Assembly: GCA_918797485.1 (NCBI GenBank)
Contig: CAKKNE010000001.1
Coordinates: 3,968,001-4,032,000 of the forward strand
DNA: 64,000 bases
DNA from: Pelagomonas calceolata
Lineage: Eukaryota
Direction: 5' to 3'
Shown in pieces: positions 59,562 to 64,000 of the stretch. The notes under the pieces are model-generated. The model was given only the letters and a program-made list of their open reading frames with translations, did not search any database and was not told the DNA's origin. Each line of letters begins with the position of its first letter. The stretch's first letter is position 1. Both the position numbers and the translations under genes were made by a program.

Positions 59562-59587
59562 GCTAGCGACCTGTAAACACACTAGCA
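59562..59587 (+). promoter_or_regulatory. Two-CTAG element copy (GCTAGCGACCTGTAAACACACTAGCA)
   Basis: In the 150-bp gap between divergent genes 59499(-) and 59650(+). Confidence 0.68.
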
Positions 59588-59649
59588 TGCAAAAGGCTGC
59601 TCGACCTCGTCTACGCGAGCGTAGCTAAAACGAGCCAAAAGAGAAAAAA

Positions 59650-60769
59650 ATGCTGCTCTCTGTAGCGCATAGATCCGCCACACATGCGCTGCGGGCAGCC
59701 AAGGCCGTCACGAGGAGCTATGCGGCCGCGACGCACGCAGTGAGCAGCGACGGCACGCGCATAGCCTACACCGCCACGGCCGGCGGCGGCACGCCGACGC
59801 TGCTCATCAATGGCTGGGCGGGCTGCGCCGCCGACTGGGGCTCGCTCGTGGACCGGCTCGGCGCGAGCGGGCGCCGCGTCGTCGCCTTCGACCCGCGCGG
59901 CTTCGGCGCGTCGGGCGACGGCGCCGCCGCCAGCGTGCGGACGCTCAGCGAGGACCTGTGTGGAAATCAAAATTTTACTGCGCGTTCGTGCTGAATCTTC
60001 GCGTCGACCGCCACGCCATCGATGCGACGCCTGCTCGATGGCGTGGCCATGCCGGTTCCTCACCGCTCGACGGAGCCGGCACGGCCGCGTCATCGCCGAG
60101 AAATGACGTAGTGAAGAATTATCGGGTGCACCCGACGCACTGGTTGATTTCCACACAGGCGAGGACGCGCTGGCCGTGGCGCGCGCCGTCGGCTCCGCCG
60201 AAACACCAGTGGACGTCGTCGGCTGGTCCCTCGGCGGCCTCGTCGCGCAGGAGCTCTGCTGCGTCGCGCCGTCCGAGGTGCGGCGGGCGGTGCTCGCGTC
60301 GACGTCCCCCGGCGGCGACGGCCTGGCCGACTTGGTCTCGCGGGACTTCTTCGACGTTTTTGATGATTGGTCCGACGACGCCACGCGGGAGGGCGAGGCC
60401 GCGCGGCGGCGCGCGGCAGCGGCCGCCTTCGTCCACGCCTCGCCGGAGCGCTGGGTCGAGCGCCACGTCGACGCGCTCAAGGCCGACGTCGACGCGTTCG
60501 TCGGCGTCCGCCGCGCCGCGGCCGCGATCCGCGGCCAGAAGGCGTGCGCCCTGGCCCCCTTCCCGGACTGCTCGCGGCTCCCGGAGAAGCGGTACCTCGT
60601 GCTCCACGGCGACGTCGACCCCGTCGTCGACGCGGCGCTCGCGGCGCGGCTCGCCGAGCGCGCGCCGGGCGCCAAGCTCCTGCTCCTGGCGGGCGTGGGC
60701 CACCGCGCGTGGGCGCAGGAACCCGACGAGTGGTGCGCGCGCGTGCTGGACTTCCTCGACGCGGCCTAA
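59650..60769 (+). CDS. Alpha/beta hydrolase, probably mitochondrial, two exons (intron 59948-60158)
   Basis: DPRGFGAS, GWSLGG, HGDVDPVV, GVGH; splice restores RTLSEDALAVARAV. Confidence 0.85.
59956..60158 (+). mobile_element. Intact introner element (203 bp)
   Basis: 15-bp TIR CTGTGTGGAAATCAA...TTGATTTCCACACAG; 8-bp TSD GCGAGGAC (59948-59955, 60159-60166); GC-AG intron. Confidence 0.93.
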
Positions 60770-61143
60770 AGTTTTAATGAGCATTCGCCTCGCGGCGCGG
60801 CCGCCGCCCGTCCCAAAATTTCCTCCCGAATTCGTTTGCATCGGTGCTTGACCAAGTAGAGGCGTCGCTCCGGGCCTCGGAGTGGTCCGTCGTGCCGCGT
60901 CGAATAGCCCCATTTTTGAGGCTGCTGCCGGTGGCGGCCTAAGCGCTGCCGATAATAGTGCCGCATCTCTGCTAAAAAATTGCCGTTCGAACCGTAGCGA
61001 TCACCTCTCGTCGTATGAGCAGCTTCCCGGAGCAATAGCTGTCTCGCCAGCCTATTTAGCATTTGACTCAAATTTGCTGAGGGCCACACGTCGCGGTCGC
61101 GCGCGGCGCAGCCAGCAAGCTGGACCGCCCCGCCGCCCTGACG

Positions 61144-62904
61144 ATGGCCGCGGCCGCGCCGGCGTCGCCGACCGGCGGTCCGCCGCCGGGCCTCGCCGCC
61201 GCGCGCCAGCGCCTCGAGGAGCTCTTCGAGCACTGGCTGGGGCTGGAGGAGACCGAGGCGAAGATCAGCGAGTGGGTCCGCAAGGCCGAGCGGGGCGAGC
61301 TCCCGGCGCCGCCGGCGCCCTCGCTCGCGGACCTGACGAACGACCGCCGCGTGGGCACGCCGCCGACGTCGCCCCACTCGCCCGACAAGGGCGGCGCGCC
61401 GAGCCCGCCGCCCCACTTCTCGCCCGGCTCGTCGCCGACGTCGTCGCGCTTCTCGTCGCGCGCGTCGTCGCCGGCGTCCACGCCGCGGGGGTCGCCGCTC
61501 AAGCGGCGCGTCGCGGCGCCGCCGCCGCCCTCGCCGCCGCGCGCGCCCCGGATCCCGCCGCTCCTCTCGCGGCGGCGGCGCGGCGCCGACGCGGCCGCCG
61601 AGCGGGCCGTCGCGGACCTCTGGCGCCGGCGGTGCCCGGGCGACGCGATGGCGGCGCCGGACTTCGCGGCGTACGCGGCGGAGTGCTGCGAGCTCCCGTC
61701 GACGATCGGCGCGGTCCTCGCCGGCCGCCTCGCGCGGCGCGACGGCGACGAGCGCGCCGTCGTCCGGCTCGGCGACTGGCTCGCGCACTGGCGCGACGTG
61801 CTCGGCCGCGAGGACGACGCCCGGCTGCGCCTCTTCGCCGCGCTCAGCGGCGAGCGCGACGCCGTCGGCCTCAGACCGGCCGCGTTCTCCCCGCTGCTGG
61901 ACGCGCTCCTCGCGCGCCACCCGGGCCTCGCGTTTCTGGCCGACCACGCGGAGTTCCAGGACAAGTACGCCGCGACGGTCGTCGCGCGGATCTTCTACCG
62001 GTTGGATAGCGCGCGGACGGGCGCCATTAGTAGGCGGGGGTTCCTTCACGGGGGGCCGTGCCTCCTCGAGGCCTTATTTAGACTCGACGCCGACGCCGAC
62101 GTCAACCGCGAGCCGGCCTATTTTAGTTACGAGCACTTCTACGTGATCTACTGCCGGTGGTGGGAGCTCGACGCCGACCGCGACGCGCGGTTAAGGAGAG
62201 ACGACTTGCTGCGGTACGCGGGCCACCGCCTCTCGCGGGCCGTCGTCGACCGCGTCTTCGACGCCGCGCCGCGGGCCCTGACCGACGGGCTGACCGGCGC
62301 GGCCCTGCGGCGGATCAAACCGGGGGACCCCGACGCCGACGCCCTGACCTACGCGGACTTCTGTTACGTGATGTTGGCGGAGGAGGACAAGACGACGGAA
62401 GCGTCGCTGCGGTACTGGTTTGGGATATGCGATGTGGATGGCGACGGCGTCGTCGACGAGCGGGACGCGGCGGCCTTCTACGTTCTCCAAAGGAGGCGGC
62501 TGGAGTGCCTCGGCCACGAGGCGGTATCGTGGGGGGACGTGCGCTGCCAGATGGCCGACCTGCTCGACCACGGGCGTAGTGGATTGCGGCTTAGGGTGGA
62601 GGACTTTTTGAATGATAAATGTCCCCAGGCGGGCGTCTTCTTCGACGCCCTCTTCGCCCTCGACAAGTTCGTGCGGTGGGAGCAGCGCGACCCGTTCGCG
62701 GACCGCATGCGGAAGGACGACCCCTTCGACACGGACTGGGACCGGTTCGCCGCGCAGGAGTACGCGAGGCTGGCGACGGAGGAGGACCAGCTCGAGGAGG
62801 CGTACGGCGTCGACTCGCCGGGCGGCGAGGACGCCGTCTCGCCGCTCGACGGCTCGTCGCCCGTCGAGGCCGAGGTCGTGCGCAGCGCGGAGGCGCCGTT
62901 TTAA
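61144..62904 (+). CDS. Protein phosphatase 2A regulatory subunit B'' (EF-hand type)
   Basis: HPGLAFL...EFQDKYAATVVARIFY, YFSYEHFYVIYCRWWELD, EEDKT...YWF...DVDGDG, TDWDRFAAQEYARL. Confidence 0.92.
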   Translation: MAAAAPASPTGGPPPGLAAARQRLEELFEHWLGLEETEAKISEWVRKAERGELPAPPAPSLADLTNDRRVGTPPTSPHSPDKGGAPSPPPHFSPGSSPTSSRFSSRASSPASTPRGSPLKRRVAAPPPPSPPRAPRIPPLLSRRRRGADAAAERAVADLWRRRCPGDAMAAPDFAAYAAECCELPSTIGAVLAGRLARRDGDERAVVRLGDWLAHWRDVLGREDDARLRLFAALSGERDAVGLRPAAFSPLLDALLARHPGLAFLADHAEFQDKYAATVVARIFYRLDSARTGAISRRGFLHGGPCLLEALFRLDADADVNREPAYFSYEHFYVIYCRWWELDADRDARLRRDDLLRYAGHRLSRAVVDRVFDAAPRALTDGLTGAALRRIKPGDPDADALTYADFCYVMLAEEDKTTEASLRYWFGICDVDGDGVVDERDAAAFYVLQRRRLECLGHEAVSWGDVRCQMADLLDHGRSGLRLRVEDFLNDKCPQAGVFFDALFALDKFVRWEQRDPFADRMRKDDPFDTDWDRFAAQEYARLATEEDQLEEAYGVDSPGGEDAVSPLDGSSPVEAEVVRSAEAPF

Positions 62905-63029
62905 TTTGATAGCTTAGGTTTCTTGGGGCGGCTTTCTGGTCGAGTCCTAGCTACTGCACGACGCCACTGCCACGCCGCGGGCACGCCATCGCCGCGTTGA
63001 CAGCGTCGCAGCGTGTCTAAACGAGCTCC

Positions 63030-63223
63030 CAAATTCAGAATGCATCATAGTCGGTCGCAGCGACCAAAATTTGACAGTAGTGGCCACACAGAGCCAAACT
63101 CTGAGCTAGCGTAACGACATACTAGCAAATTCAAAGATACGCTTCGATAGCGTCAAAAGAATGACTCAAATTCAGAATACATCCTAGTCGTTCGCCGAGA
63201 CCAAATATTTCAGAGCAGCGGCC
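63030..63223 (+). repeat. Imperfect ~56-bp direct repeat (63030-63085 and 63167-63223)
   Basis: CAAATTCAGAAT(G/A)CATC(A/C)TAGTCG(G/T)TCGC..GACCAAA occurs twice. Confidence 0.75.
63105..63127 (+). promoter_or_regulatory. Two-CTAG element copy (GCTAGCGTAACGACATACTAGCA)
   Basis: In non-coding DNA after the PP2A B'' gene; no adjacent gene start visible. Confidence 0.5.
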
Positions 63224-64000
63224 CGGGAACATACCCTCGCGCCTCCCGGAAGGCACCGCCAGCGACATTCGCGGATGAGACTTACGGCTTCCCAAAGTAC
63301 ACCAGCGATTGACGCCGCCATCTACCGTCCAGATAGTACATTATATCAACTCCAGCCCAGTTTTCATACGGAATCGACGGAACCGGAGCCGACGGCGCGC
63401 GCTCGGAGGGCGGGAAAAGAATTCTACTAGACAACTCTCGCGTTTATGTTCGTTTCCTTCCGTTTGTTAGTAGTAGAGGCCGTCCAGGCCGCCTGGGCGG
63501 GGATGAGCTATGTTAGAGGATCTGTTGGAGCCGCGCGAAACGGAGATTCCGGGTCCACAAGTTTACACATAGACGGGCACAAAACCTAGACCCGCGAGTA
63601 CCAGCGACGCCACCATCCAGATGGACCATGACGCCGTTGTTCTATTCACGATCGACCGACTTGCCCGTTCTCCGCTGGCGACGGTGCGTACGCGAGGCAC
63701 TGGAAAGGCCCCAGACCCGTGAGTTATGAAATAAATTTGCGTTTCAGGCGCTTTAGTGGTGGGACGGTCCAGAATACCGGCCTGAGCGTGTACTACATTG
63801 AATTATCTCTTCCGAAGGCTCCCGGCGGCTCGGCCATTCCGAGACCCCAGGATCTCGTTTAAACTGGTCTAAGAACTGGACCTGCGGCCATCAGCCCGTG
63901 TACCATCACCATGGACCATAACGCGATCATTTGCTTCATGACCGAGTGACTTGCGCGAGGTCCAGATAAAGATGTTCATGTCCCGAGCGTGGGCAGCCCA

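Noticed and set aside
731..63127. Two-CTAG element as a CRISPR repeat or bacterial REP
   Set aside because: Copies are isolated, kilobases apart and variable; there is no spacer array or cas gene, and the context is eukaryotic.
1..64000. Hundreds of overlapping Arg/Ala/Pro-rich ORFs in the six-frame track
   Set aside because: Shadow and antisense frames of real genes, expected at this GC content; no recognisable motifs.
1..64000. tRNA/rRNA genes, transposase, reverse transcriptase
   Set aside because: None recognised by eye; a tRNAscan or Rfam run would be needed to exclude small RNAs.

Overview
Gene-dense, very GC-rich eukaryotic DNA with mostly single-exon genes, short intergenic gaps and stramenopile-type bipartite plastid-targeting N-termini. 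It also carries ~200-bp introner elements with TIRs and 8-bp TSDs. By inference this is a pelagophyte alga (Pelagomonas/Aureococcus-like). About 37 genes are visible, including R2R3-MYB, a Rab7-like GTPase, DUS3, DJ-1, ABHD17, SLC10A7, a NeuB-type sialic acid synthase, PP2A B'', several glycosyltransferases and a 4-repeat CNGK-like K+ channel with a C2 domain. Main non-obvious signals: (1) A conserved ~21-26 bp two-CTAG element, GCTAGCG-n-GT(A/G)AGACACTAGCA, occurs 15 times clearly plus variants. It was seen only between genes and sits in 12 of 13 divergent promoter regions, so it is a candidate promoter element I cannot match to anything known. (2) One introner family is caught at six sites as a decay series (203, 203, 103, 61, 55, 48 bp). 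Each copy restores its host reading frame if spliced from a GT/GC donor inside the TSD to the AG at the end of the TIR. (3) Unusual domain architectures: USP + ankyrin + EndoVII-like HNH; GT2 with an inserted EF-hand pair; a three-module glycosyltransferase next to NeuB. All protein calls come from motif recognition by eye, not database searches.
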